Source: an uncultured Pseudomonadota bacterium
Lineage (GTDB): Bacteria > Bdellovibrionota_B > Oligoflexia > Oligoflexales > CAIYRB01
Assembly (NCBI GenBank): GCA_903915625.1
Contig: CAIWTN010000088.1
Location: 17,938 to 81,937 of the forward strand
DNA: 64,000 nt
Reading direction: 5' to 3'
Made by a program: the position numbers and the translations under genes. The notes under the pieces are model-generated. The model made no database searches. It saw nothing but the letters and a program-made list of their open reading frames with translations, and had not been told where the DNA came from. This document shows positions 46,859 through 55,996 of the stretch, piece after piece. The first letter of the stretch is position 1. Every line of letters begins with the position of its first letter.

Positions 46859-48210
46859 TGCAAAACCCCCTGTCATTTGCATTTCGACAGCTACCTGAAC
46901 GCTTCAGGATGCCGGCTAATCACGCCCGGACCCTGGTTCAGGACACAGTCCGCTGTGATTTGACCAAACAAGCCAGCGCCATGGCTTACGTGACTCTTTT
47001 ATCTTTAGTCCCGTCGCTCGTGGCGATATTCTGCGTACTCTCCCTATTCGCTCCGCTGCTTGGCAAGGGATCGGACCTAATCGACACAGTCCGCGAATTT
47101 ATTCTCGAAAACCTTGCCGCGGAAAGTGGCGAGGCTGTCGTTAAATACCTCGATAAAATGATCAGCAAGATCAGCCTAGCAACCATCGGCTGGTCAAGCT
47201 TCGCCAGTGTATTGGTGACCTTAGTCCTATTGCTTCGGCAGATAGAAGAAGCTCTAAATCGGATTTGGCTTGTGCGTAAAGGCCGCAACGTCTTCATCAG
47301 ATTCATGTACTTCTGGACCTTTTTAACTTTAGGCATGGTCGTAGTAGCCGTAGTCGTAGGTTTCACCGCTGGGCTTAGCTTTCCAACTTTATTCTCAACT
47401 ACAACAGCTGTTCCAGCGAGCAGTATCGCCAGGTTGTTCGCGACCATCACGGAACTACTTGGCAGCTTCATCTTTTTCTTTTTCCTCTACAAAATCGTCC
47501 CCAATTGCGCCGTTGGCACAAAGAACGCCGCTATTGGCGCGGCCGTGGCAACGTCGGCACTACAACTAGGCGGCCGGTTGTACGGGCTCTATATTCGCGA
47601 TGCAAAAAACTACGAAAACCTTTACGGCGCATTGGCGCAGGTACCAATATTTCTCCTGTGGCTTTATATCGGCTGGGTCATCATTCTGATCGGAGCGCTG
47701 GTAACTTGGCGGCTTCAGGAAGGCTTCCCGCAGCCAAATGAAGAAGAGGCCCTCGACCAAAGCAAATCGCCAGTAGAGCAATTGCGGAACACACAAGTTA
47801 AGGCGTCGCTGCCGTGGATCTCGCTCTTAGCCATACATAAACAATTTGAATCTGGTGACGGTAAGGGACTTAGCGGCCAAGATCTCGCACATGCTCTACG
47901 TATGCCCGTGACTTGGGTGAGCGAAGCACTGGACGCCCTGCAATCACTTGGCTATGTGATCGCAGGCAAACAACAGGCCGCTATCGGGAGCGCCTCCCCA
48001 CTCGTCACAGACCCGTACTTCCCAACATCGCCAGCCACCAACCTGGCCGTGACCAAGGTCAATAAAGATTTAGCCAGTCCCATGGAGAAGTGGCTCGAAC
48101 ACTGGCACTATGACGCACCGCTAAATCTGCGTAAGGCTGTAGGGATGGTCAACATGTTAAGGCACGATCATGGACAGACGACGATCAGCGACATATTGCA
48201 GAGCCTCTAA
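46858..48210 (+). CDS. YihY/BrkB-family membrane protein with extended cytoplasmic C-terminal domain
   Basis: The ASAMAYVTLLSLVPSLVAIF... signature and six TM helices. A tail of about 150 aa contains a wHTH-like segment (LSGQDLAHALRMPVTWVSEALDALQSLGYV). I chose ATG 46858. Confidence 0.85.
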   Translation: MQNPLSFAFRQLPERFRMPANHARTLVQDTVRCDLTKQASAMAYVTLLSLVPSLVAIFCVLSLFAPLLGKGSDLIDTVREFILENLAAESGEAVVKYLDKMISKISLATIGWSSFASVLVTLVLLLRQIEEALNRIWLVRKGRNVFIRFMYFWTFLTLGMVVVAVVVGFTAGLSFPTLFSTTTAVPASSIARLFATITELLGSFIFFFFLYKIVPNCAVGTKNAAIGAAVATSALQLGGRLYGLYIRDAKNYENLYGALAQVPIFLLWLYIGWVIILIGALVTWRLQEGFPQPNEEEALDQSKSPVEQLRNTQVKASLPWISLLAIHKQFESGDGKGLSGQDLAHALRMPVTWVSEALDALQSLGYVIAGKQQAAIGSASPLVTDPYFPTSPATNLAVTKVNKDLASPMEKWLEHWHYDAPLNLRKAVGMVNMLRHDHGQTTISDILQSL

Positions 48211-48246
48211 AAATATTTAGCTAATCTCACGCACGCGTCGTGATAG

Positions 48247-50388
48247 CTACAGCCGTGCCAGAACCACCACTCGCACTGTCGACTGGGGCGTCGTTTCGCT
48301 TTTCGGCACTCGCACGGTCTGTCCATCGACTTGAAAGTTAAAGTTAGCAGCACCATCAACATACACCTGAATGATCCCATTTTGAGGAATCTGCTTCACC
48401 AAAGTAAATGTCTCGTAGTGCTGTTCGACATATTTATAGTCAATCGAAACATTACCCAATGACTGAGCGTCGCAGCGGTAACTGACTTGCTTGCCGGTAA
48501 CGACGATATTTTTGAAACAGTCGCCCCCCCCAGATTCATCTTTAAGCTGCACACTGTCTAGCAAGGGCTCGTATGCCAAATCATGAGTCAGCAGAGTTGT
48601 CCCATCACCGTAGTTATAAGTCACAATGACATGGCGATCATGTTTCACATCTGACTCGTCAAATACAATTTCAGCACCGCTGACTGTCGCAGCCAGAGGC
48701 TCGTTGGTGTCCTTGTCTAAAACCGTGACTGCATACGGCTTGGCACCAGCTGGACCTTCAATTGCTGCATATCTGAGGATCTTCGCGTCGCTGCGCACAT
48801 AGGAAAATGTAATCTCCGCATCGTCTGGTGGAGGAGTAGAAAATTCTAAGGAATGCGTTGACGGATCCAAGACAAAGTCATCGATAGCCTGACCGTTGAT
48901 TGTCACCTTGACAGGAGCCGGACTCATGCTGATAGCACCGACATCAAAAGAACGTTTCAAAATTCCATCGGTACGATATTCAACGGCAATGTGAGCATAG
49001 TTTGCCGGAGCCTCCTCAAACTGAATGCTGCCGGTAGTTCTGTCGTAACTGAACTCAGTTGCATTCAGCACAGATCCATTAACCACGACTTCTAGTGTCT
49101 TCGGATCCGCCTTCTCACTGAGAGTAATGGAAGAGAAAATCGGGACTGGGTCGTGGCGATAGGATATATGGAGTGTAGTTTGAGCTGCGGTTACCCGCGT
49201 CAACGTGAGTACTGATCCCTCTATAATAAAGTCAGTACTCGGCACACCATCAATAGTCACATGAACAGAATCTAAAATTGGAATATTAGGCAACTGAAAC
49301 TGACGCCTAACCACTCGCGCTGCATCCGTTGCGATGGCTTGCAAAGTTGCCGAGTAGTTATCTTGGCAAATACTGTTATCAAAACCGCCGACAGCATTCA
49401 TCACTTCAAGAACTCGATTAGCCGGCCTCTGTGCGTTGCTATAACACTGCATGTCATCGGGGCGCCAAGTTAAAGAATAAACTCGCGCCATGCCTTCTGG
49501 TCTTTGCGGCGGTGTCAAAATTCGAATTAGATCAGAAGGCCGCTGACCCTGAGTACAAAGTTCACTATCAAAGTCTTTCGGCCGAGTCGGTAGACCCGTA
49601 ACCGGATCAATTGGTTCCGGACAATAACTATCTTCGTCAGTGACAAAAACGATCCCTAGCAGCGCGTTTGGCCGCAACCACTGGTTGTTACCGTAAGCAC
49701 AAGTACCGGTGAGATGTTTGTATGAGTTGAGGATACTTTCTTCATTATCCGAGCCCCGGGCACCGATATTTATAATGGTGCTGAGAAACTTGCTGGTAGC
49801 ATCAGGATCTCCCTTACGGATCGGTTGGCCACCCGGTCTACCGTTGGTTCCGTAAAGCTGACAGCCATCAGCATTAAGTAGATTCGGGTTACTTGGGTTA
49901 TCAGAGGTAATGATGCCAATCTGCCAGTCAACTGACTGCAAGTTACCTATAAAGTCACGCATGCCAACAGCCAACATTGCTTGCACGGCAGCCATTGAGC
50001 TTGAATTATCGACTACGACCAATAAATCAAGCTCGGCAGAAGAGCTAATCGCATAGTCTTTAATGGTCACAGATCCGGGGTGCCCCTGAGTGAAGGACTC
50101 GGATATTGGCTTTCTAGCGACCTGCTTGAAAGTCAATTTAACTGGAGGTTGTTCCTTCAGGGTGAGCTCATCCTGAATCAGTCCGAAAGCTGGCTTGTAA
50201 TTTGTGATCGCTTGGTTGATGAGCCCTGCTTTAAACGACTCGTCGTCGACCACCACGGCCGCCTTGGCCTCGATTGAGTTACCCGCAAATTGCGCCTGAC
50301 GTTGGTTACATGAAGACCCAGCAATCACAAGTACTGCAATTGCCGCGCAGCAAAACTTAAACGTCAAAGATTTAAAGTTAGGTACCAA
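48247..50388 (-). CDS. Large lipoprotein with vWA-like domain and four to five tandem beta-sandwich repeats
   Basis: Lipobox IAGSSC. vWA/MIDAS-like LLVVVDNSSSM. Recurrent V.[IV][DN]G...F....L.F repeat pattern. Non-ATG (TTG) start. Contains a G8 tract (48524-48531). Confidence 0.8.
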   Translation of the reverse strand: MVPNFKSLTFKFCCAAIAVLVIAGSSCNQRQAQFAGNSIEAKAAVVVDDESFKAGLINQAITNYKPAFGLIQDELTLKEQPPVKLTFKQVARKPISESFTQGHPGSVTIKDYAISSSAELDLLVVVDNSSSMAAVQAMLAVGMRDFIGNLQSVDWQIGIITSDNPSNPNLLNADGCQLYGTNGRPGGQPIRKGDPDATSKFLSTIINIGARGSDNEESILNSYKHLTGTCAYGNNQWLRPNALLGIVFVTDEDSYCPEPIDPVTGLPTRPKDFDSELCTQGQRPSDLIRILTPPQRPEGMARVYSLTWRPDDMQCYSNAQRPANRVLEVMNAVGGFDNSICQDNYSATLQAIATDAARVVRRQFQLPNIPILDSVHVTIDGVPSTDFIIEGSVLTLTRVTAAQTTLHISYRHDPVPIFSSITLSEKADPKTLEVVVNGSVLNATEFSYDRTTGSIQFEEAPANYAHIAVEYRTDGILKRSFDVGAISMSPAPVKVTINGQAIDDFVLDPSTHSLEFSTPPPDDAEITFSYVRSDAKILRYAAIEGPAGAKPYAVTVLDKDTNEPLAATVSGAEIVFDESDVKHDRHVIVTYNYGDGTTLLTHDLAYEPLLDSVQLKDESGGGDCFKNIVVTGKQVSYRCDAQSLGNVSIDYKYVEQHYETFTLVKQIPQNGIIQVYVDGAANFNFQVDGQTVRVPKSETTPQSTVRVVVLARL

Positions 50389-50498
50389 ATGCCGCCTCTA
50401 GTGCTTAGAATTAGCATGTCGGTGCCGCTACCTGAGGGCATCTACATGGTCTTGCATCTGAGGGATCGGGGATTTAAGCCTAAAACTTTAATTTAAAA

Positions 50499-51986
50499 TC
50501 ATGCCAACGACGGGTTGCCGGCCGCAATTGGCAGCATCTGTATTGGCTCGGATTTTACAATTTTCTCAGGATTCGAAAGTAAAGGCTGGGGGATCCGAAC
50601 GTTGAACACGGCACCTTCGCCTGGGCGAGACTTAACCGCAATACTTCCATTATGAAGCTTAACTAAAGCCATCGCCAGACTTAACCCGATCCCCGTACCA
50701 CCCGCAGCACGATTACGCGCAGTATCCGCGCGGTAGAAGGGGTCGAATATATAGGGCACGGAATCTTCCGGGATTCCCTCACCAAAATCAGCGATTACAA
50801 AGATGATGTCCGTGCCATCCTCTGCCATGGAAAATTCCACGGTACTCTGAGCGGCAGAGTGCTTGGCGGCATTAAGCAGTATATTTTTAAGGGCCAAAGT
50901 TAAATAGCCTGGGTTAGCAAGGAAACGGTCGTTTACCGCAACGGATGTGTGCAGATTAACACCACGCCCTTGATAAACAGGCTGCACAACATGAGCCAGC
51001 TCTTCTACGAAATCTGATGCTGAAAGTTCCATCCAACTCATCGCCACGGCTTTACTCTCAGCCCTAGCAAGCAACAGCAAATCTTCGATAATCCCAGTCA
51101 TGTGGTTTGCTTCACACATGATTGTGCCTAGTGATGTCCGATAATCCTCCGGCGAACGTTCGCGACGTAATGCCAGCTCAGCTTCACCCTTGAGCACTGC
51201 CAACGGAGTCCTCAGCTCATGAGACACATCGCCAGTAAAGCGGCGTAGACGCATAAAAGCGTCCTCTAACCGATCCAACATCTCATTAAATGTTTGGGCG
51301 AGTTGACGTAATTCATCTTTTGCTGGTGGCAGTGGCAACCGAACACTCAAATCATCACTGCCAAGTTTTTTAGCTGCTTCACTCATTTGAGTCACTGGAC
51401 TAAGAGAGCGCTTGGTCAACAGGTAACCGAATACTACCGAAAGAACGACTCCAAACGGTAGGGACGTCCAAAGTACCCATACGATCTCTCGCAGGGTGTG
51501 AAAGGTAGAATCAAGCGTAGCTCCGACCTGGATAAATTCGCCTGTGAACCGGCCAAATCTCATCACCGGCAAAGTCACTTGGCGCAATGGCGCGTCCGTT
51601 TCTCGACGTGGTGCAAATGTTTCTAAAGTCTCTAGACCTCGCTCAGCCCTCGCGAGCGCCTTGGGAGTGACTGGTAAGCTAACTCGCAAGTCGGTCTTAA
51701 TGCTGATCTTGCCGGAGAGATCAACCAGCTGCGCATACGGCTGAATATATTTTTCACCGAAAAACTGATTAAGGAAGCGCTCCATGAGCGGCGGACTAAA
51801 TCCGCGGACAAAGCGAGCGTCTCGAATCGACTGTGCCGACACCAATAGCGAAGCATCGACAGATCGCAATAAATTGTGCTCAACAACCCGGTAGAGACCG
51901 AACCCTACGCAAAGAAACAAAAGGGCCATCCAAATGGCATGGCCCAGCGATAGGCGCAGTCGAACCGGAATGCGGTCAAGAAACAT
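50499..51986 (-). CDS. Sensor histidine kinase (2 TM, HAMP, HisKA, HATPase_c; BaeS/CusS-like)
   Basis: H-box DVSHELRTPL, N-box LLNAAKHS, G-box GTGIGLSLA. Confidence 0.9.
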   Translation of the reverse strand: MFLDRIPVRLRLSLGHAIWMALLFLCVGFGLYRVVEHNLLRSVDASLLVSAQSIRDARFVRGFSPPLMERFLNQFFGEKYIQPYAQLVDLSGKISIKTDLRVSLPVTPKALARAERGLETLETFAPRRETDAPLRQVTLPVMRFGRFTGEFIQVGATLDSTFHTLREIVWVLWTSLPFGVVLSVVFGYLLTKRSLSPVTQMSEAAKKLGSDDLSVRLPLPPAKDELRQLAQTFNEMLDRLEDAFMRLRRFTGDVSHELRTPLAVLKGEAELALRRERSPEDYRTSLGTIMCEANHMTGIIEDLLLLARAESKAVAMSWMELSASDFVEELAHVVQPVYQGRGVNLHTSVAVNDRFLANPGYLTLALKNILLNAAKHSAAQSTVEFSMAEDGTDIIFVIADFGEGIPEDSVPYIFDPFYRADTARNRAAGGTGIGLSLAMALVKLHNGSIAVKSRPGEGAVFNVRIPQPLLSNPEKIVKSEPIQMLPIAAGNPSLA

Positions 51987-52752
51987 GAGTCGTGTGTTCC
52001 CTAGATTGATTAACAGCTGCCGCAGGAGGAATCACAGACCCTGGGCTCGCTTCAACTCCGGGCTGCGCACCTGCCTGAACATGCGGTAAATCTAACATAT
52101 ACCCATGACCACGTACGGTTTTGATAAGAGGCAAGTCAAACGGTCGATCCACTTTATTTCTTAAGTAGCCAATGTAGACATCGACGACATTGGACGTTGG
52201 CTCGAAATTCATATCCCAGACATGCTCGCTGAGCTGCGTGCGGCTGAGCACTGTGCCAGCGTGCCTCGCCATGTATTCGAGCAAAGCATACTCCTTGGCT
52301 GTCAGATGGATGATCTGACCTTCCCGAGTAACTTCTTTCCGGCTAGGATCGATGCGTAGTGCTCCGGCCTCGATCACCGTCGCCATCTCGCCCGTCTGGC
52401 GCCGCAGCAGAGCTCTAACGCGCGCCAACAATTCATCAAGGTTGAATGGTTTGGTAAGATAATCATCTGCCCCACGGTCGAGTCCTTTGACGACATCTTC
52501 CTTAGCGTCACGCGCAGTCAAAATCAGTACCGGTGTTGCTAAGCCTCCGTCGCGCAGAGTCTTGAGCACCTCCATACCATTTTTCCTTGGCAACATCAGA
52601 TCTAGGATAATGAGATCATATGGATTCTCGAAGGCCAACCATTCAGCCTCCTGGCCATCGGGCGCATGATCGACAGCGTACGATTCCTCACGTAATGTGC
52701 GAAGAAGGATACTAGCTAAGGGAGCATCGTCTTCAACCACGAGGATTCTCAT
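51976..52752 (-). CDS. OmpR/PhoB-family response regulator
   Basis: REC domain (MRILVVEDD...DLMLP), a winged-helix output (LTAKEYALLEYM...TVRGHGY) and a C-terminal tail of about 30 aa. Confidence 0.93.
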   Translation of the reverse strand: MRILVVEDDAPLASILLRTLREESYAVDHAPDGQEAEWLAFENPYDLIILDLMLPRKNGMEVLKTLRDGGLATPVLILTARDAKEDVVKGLDRGADDYLTKPFNLDELLARVRALLRRQTGEMATVIEAGALRIDPSRKEVTREGQIIHLTAKEYALLEYMARHAGTVLSRTQLSEHVWDMNFEPTSNVVDVYIGYLRNKVDRPFDLPLIKTVRGHGYMLDLPHVQAGAQPGVEASPGSVIPPAAAVNQSREHTTHVS

Positions 52753-52947
52753 ATCGTCCCCCCAATTTTCTTTAGCATTCTATGCCGTTAACATGACTAT
52801 CTATATTGATAGTCGCCTGAAAACTAATATAAATCAGATTAAATTAGAAGAGGGTGAGGAACTCATCACCAATCTCATTTTCTCAAACTAAAGATATAAC
52901 CCACTAATTTCAAAGAACTAGACACCACAACAGGGAGCCAGGATTAG

Positions 52948-54126
52948 ATGAAAAGCCTTTGCAGTTATGCTCGCACTTGCTCGGGCTGTTCCAGTCTCCA
53001 GGTAGCCTACCCCAAACAGCTGCGCGACAAAGCCCTCAGAGTTCGCAAAGCACTTAGCCCTTTAGTTCAAAACAATCCCGATTCAGATGTATTTGCAGAC
53101 ATCGCCGCCAGCCCAGCACCGCTCGGGTACCGAGCCTCGACTAAACTATGCTTAGATGAAGACAACTTTGGCCAAAGGCGCATTGGGCTTTACCAACAGC
53201 AGTCTAAGACGGTCGTCGACATACCCGAATGCCCGGTACACCATCCAGCGATCAATAAACTAATTGCTAAGCTTTTCTCCAGCAGGGCACCAGACCTGCC
53301 GGCTCCGTTCTATCAACACAGCAAACGCGGCTTTCAGAGCGAGCGTTTGAAGTTTCTTACCGTCCGTTATAGTCCCAGCAATCAAGCTGCAGCGATCATA
53401 CTGTCCCACACCGGTGTCGACATAGCGGTGCTGAAAAAATGGGCGGCAGCACACAGCGACAAAAAGCTAAGTATTTATGCTAGCCAACTTAACAAAGCCG
53501 ATGACACCCGCATCATTAGTGCGGATGTGCAATACCTAGGTGGTCCTGAACGCGTGCCATTCGCCATAGGTGAGCGCTACTTTGACTTAAGTCCGCTGGC
53601 TTTTTTCCAGGCCAATTACAGCCTCAATGGCGCCTTCATTAAACACATAGCCGGTGATCTTTCCGGCGATGTGCTCGTCGATCTTTACGGCGGATTTGGT
53701 GCCTATAGTTTCGAGGCAGCACCCGGATTTAGCCGCACTTATCTGGTCGATGGTAATCAAGATGCGATTGCCGCAGCAAAAACCCAGCCGCACTCGCCAG
53801 ATAACCTCGTCGCGGTACACGCATCGGTTGAGGATTTTTTGATGCGTCACCCAGGATTTAATAAAGATAACCCAAAGGTTACTCACATCATCGTAAACCC
53901 ACCGCGCACCGGGATTTCACCCAAAGTAAGCGGTTTTCTGGCGAATCCAACAAAATTGCCGCGTCTACGGTATCTAACCTATGTCTCTTGCAACATAGAA
54001 ACACTGGCTCGTGATCTTAAAGTGCTGACCAAGTCGGGCCGATGGAGATTAGAACAAGTAAAAGCATTCGACATGTTTCCTCAGACGGAACATGTCGAAG
54101 TAGTGGTCAAATTAAAAATGGGCTAG
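52948..54126 (+). CDS. RumA/TrmA-family RNA (uracil-5)-methyltransferase with Fe-S Cys cluster
   Basis: Cys cluster CSYARTCSGC plus ECPVHH. IVNPPRTG, YVSCNIETLARD and DMFPQTEHVE motifs. Confidence 0.88.
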   Translation: MKSLCSYARTCSGCSSLQVAYPKQLRDKALRVRKALSPLVQNNPDSDVFADIAASPAPLGYRASTKLCLDEDNFGQRRIGLYQQQSKTVVDIPECPVHHPAINKLIAKLFSSRAPDLPAPFYQHSKRGFQSERLKFLTVRYSPSNQAAAIILSHTGVDIAVLKKWAAAHSDKKLSIYASQLNKADDTRIISADVQYLGGPERVPFAIGERYFDLSPLAFFQANYSLNGAFIKHIAGDLSGDVLVDLYGGFGAYSFEAAPGFSRTYLVDGNQDAIAAAKTQPHSPDNLVAVHASVEDFLMRHPGFNKDNPKVTHIIVNPPRTGISPKVSGFLANPTKLPRLRYLTYVSCNIETLARDLKVLTKSGRWRLEQVKAFDMFPQTEHVEVVVKLKMG

Positions 54127-54140
54127 CCTCGGCGAGGAGC

Positions 54141-54989
54141 TTACGTAAAAGCGCTATTTTCTTTGGTCGTTAAACCAGAGGTAGCGCCGACTTCGCTACC
54201 ATTTTGATTGAAAAACTTAGACAACGCTTCGGTCTCGAGCAGGTCGGCGACCGAACTGACCACAAGATCTGGACGATAAGAGAAGTTACTTAGCTCATCC
54301 TTACGAGTGCCTCCGGAAAGCACTAGCACTGAGAAGTAACCCATTTGGGTGGCGCCCAGAATATCAGTTTCCATGGTGTCACCGATCATAATCGTCTCGG
54401 CAGTGCGTAAGCCCAGCTCTTTACGAGCGGCTCTAAACATCACAGGACTTGGCTTACCGAGGCTAAATGCTTTTTTGCCGGTGGCAGCTTCCAACATGGC
54501 GACAATAGCACCACAACCTGGCCTAACACCGCCCTCGGTCGGACAGCTTGGATCCATATTAGTGGCGATCAACTTAGCACCGCGACCAATCAGCTTCACA
54601 GCCTTCTCGATCAACTCAAGAGTCATGGTGCGGCCTTCGCCAACAACGACATAGTCCGGATCATTATCGACGATAGAGAAGTCGTATTCATGGAGAGCGT
54701 TAGTTAATCCGCCCTCGCCAATCACGAATGCTGTCCCACGCGGAGTTTGAGAAGCGAGGTATTGCGCAGTAGCAATGGCGCTGGTAAAGACGTGCTTCTC
54801 CGTGACGGGGATTCCCATCCGGTGGAGCTTTGCCACCACATCACGCTTTGTTCTTTGACTGTTATTGGTAAGAAATAGGAAGGGAATCTGGTCATCTAGG
54901 AGACGGCGCACAAATTCTATAGCACCAGGAATAGGCTGATTGCCCCGGTACATCACGCCGTCCATATCAATGAGAAATCCATGAGCCAT
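54141..54989 (-). CDS. HAD-IIA family hydrolase (NagD-like sugar/nucleotide phosphatase)
   Basis: FLIDMDGVMYRG (DxD nucleophile), FLTNNS, and GDTMETD. Confidence 0.88.
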   Translation of the reverse strand: MAHGFLIDMDGVMYRGNQPIPGAIEFVRRLLDDQIPFLFLTNNSQRTKRDVVAKLHRMGIPVTEKHVFTSAIATAQYLASQTPRGTAFVIGEGGLTNALHEYDFSIVDNDPDYVVVGEGRTMTLELIEKAVKLIGRGAKLIATNMDPSCPTEGGVRPGCGAIVAMLEAATGKKAFSLGKPSPVMFRAARKELGLRTAETIMIGDTMETDILGATQMGYFSVLVLSGGTRKDELSNFSYRPDLVVSSVADLLETEALSKFFNQNGSEVGATSGLTTKENSAFT

Positions 54990-55104
54990 TGTTACTTCCC
55001 TCCGTGTCCACGCTAGTGGTCAACTATGCAATAATTATGGCACACTCATGATTGGTACGAAAGTTTATATTATCTATTAATAGCATTCATTTTGAGAATA
55101 CCCC

Positions 55105-55980
55105 ATGGAGCTGAATCACCTTAAGTACTTCCACGCCGTAGTAAAGGAAGGCAGCTTCACCCGCGCGGCAAAAGTCATGCGAATCCAGCAACCTACGATC
55201 AGTAAAATGGTCCGGTCTCTTGAAGAAGAGCTGGGAGTCGTGTTGCTTGAACGCTATCGCAGCGGGGTCCACCTAACCCACGCGGGTGGCGAGATTTTCA
55301 AACGCTGTGAAGAAATTTTCCAAAGCGTCGAGGAGATAAAAACGGTCTCCGGCCAAGAAATGACCGAGTGCCAGGGCGCTCTTTCTTTTGGCTTAACTGA
55401 CTCTGCGGCCAGTACGTTGGGGCCAATGGTCCTGGACGACTTTCTCGCCCGCCATCCGAAAGTGAGACCATCACTATTTTCCGGTGCCTCGAATTTAATC
55501 TGTAACGAACTGATAGAGGGCCGAGTCGAATTCGGTCTATTTTTCACAATCCCCAACAATGACGATTTTTTTGTTAAAGAACTGATGAAGATCCCATTTC
55601 AAGTGGTCATCAGTAACGAACATAAGCACAAAGCAAAGCTTCGCTCACAGTTCATCATTTCTCGCGACATTGACTATCCAAAGTCGCGCCCATTTCCCGT
55701 CCTTGAAATGCTTAAGAAGAACAAAGTTACCTTTGATGTTGCTGCTTCTAGCAACAATCTAGATTCACAAAAGCAGATGGTGCTACAAGGCTTAGGCGTA
55801 GCTCTCTTGCCACGCTTTATGATCAAATCAGATATCGCTGCCGGCACACTGTCTGTGCTCTATCCGAAAAAAGAATTCGCTTACAGCCTAAAACTAGTCA
55901 CACGCAAAAGATGGGTATTGTCGAAGAATGCCGAGACTTTTCTCGAATTCTTCAACAAAGTCATTGGAGAGCTCATCTAA
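55105..55980 (+). CDS. LysR-family transcriptional regulator
   Basis: N-terminal HTH LKYFHAVVKEGSFTRAAKVMRIQQPTISKMVRSLEEELG and a LysR substrate-binding body. Confidence 0.9.
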   Translation: MELNHLKYFHAVVKEGSFTRAAKVMRIQQPTISKMVRSLEEELGVVLLERYRSGVHLTHAGGEIFKRCEEIFQSVEEIKTVSGQEMTECQGALSFGLTDSAASTLGPMVLDDFLARHPKVRPSLFSGASNLICNELIEGRVEFGLFFTIPNNDDFFVKELMKIPFQVVISNEHKHKAKLRSQFIISRDIDYPKSRPFPVLEMLKKNKVTFDVAASSNNLDSQKQMVLQGLGVALLPRFMIKSDIAAGTLSVLYPKKEFAYSLKLVTRKRWVLSKNAETFLEFFNKVIGELI

Positions 55981-55996
55981 GGTTGGTGACATAAAA

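Noticed and set aside
55074-55083. The perfect palindrome CTATTAATAG upstream of the LysR gene as a LysR T-N11-A box.
   Set aside because: An AT-only 10-mer in an AT-rich promoter is easily produced by chance, and it does not fit the T-N11-A spacing convincingly.
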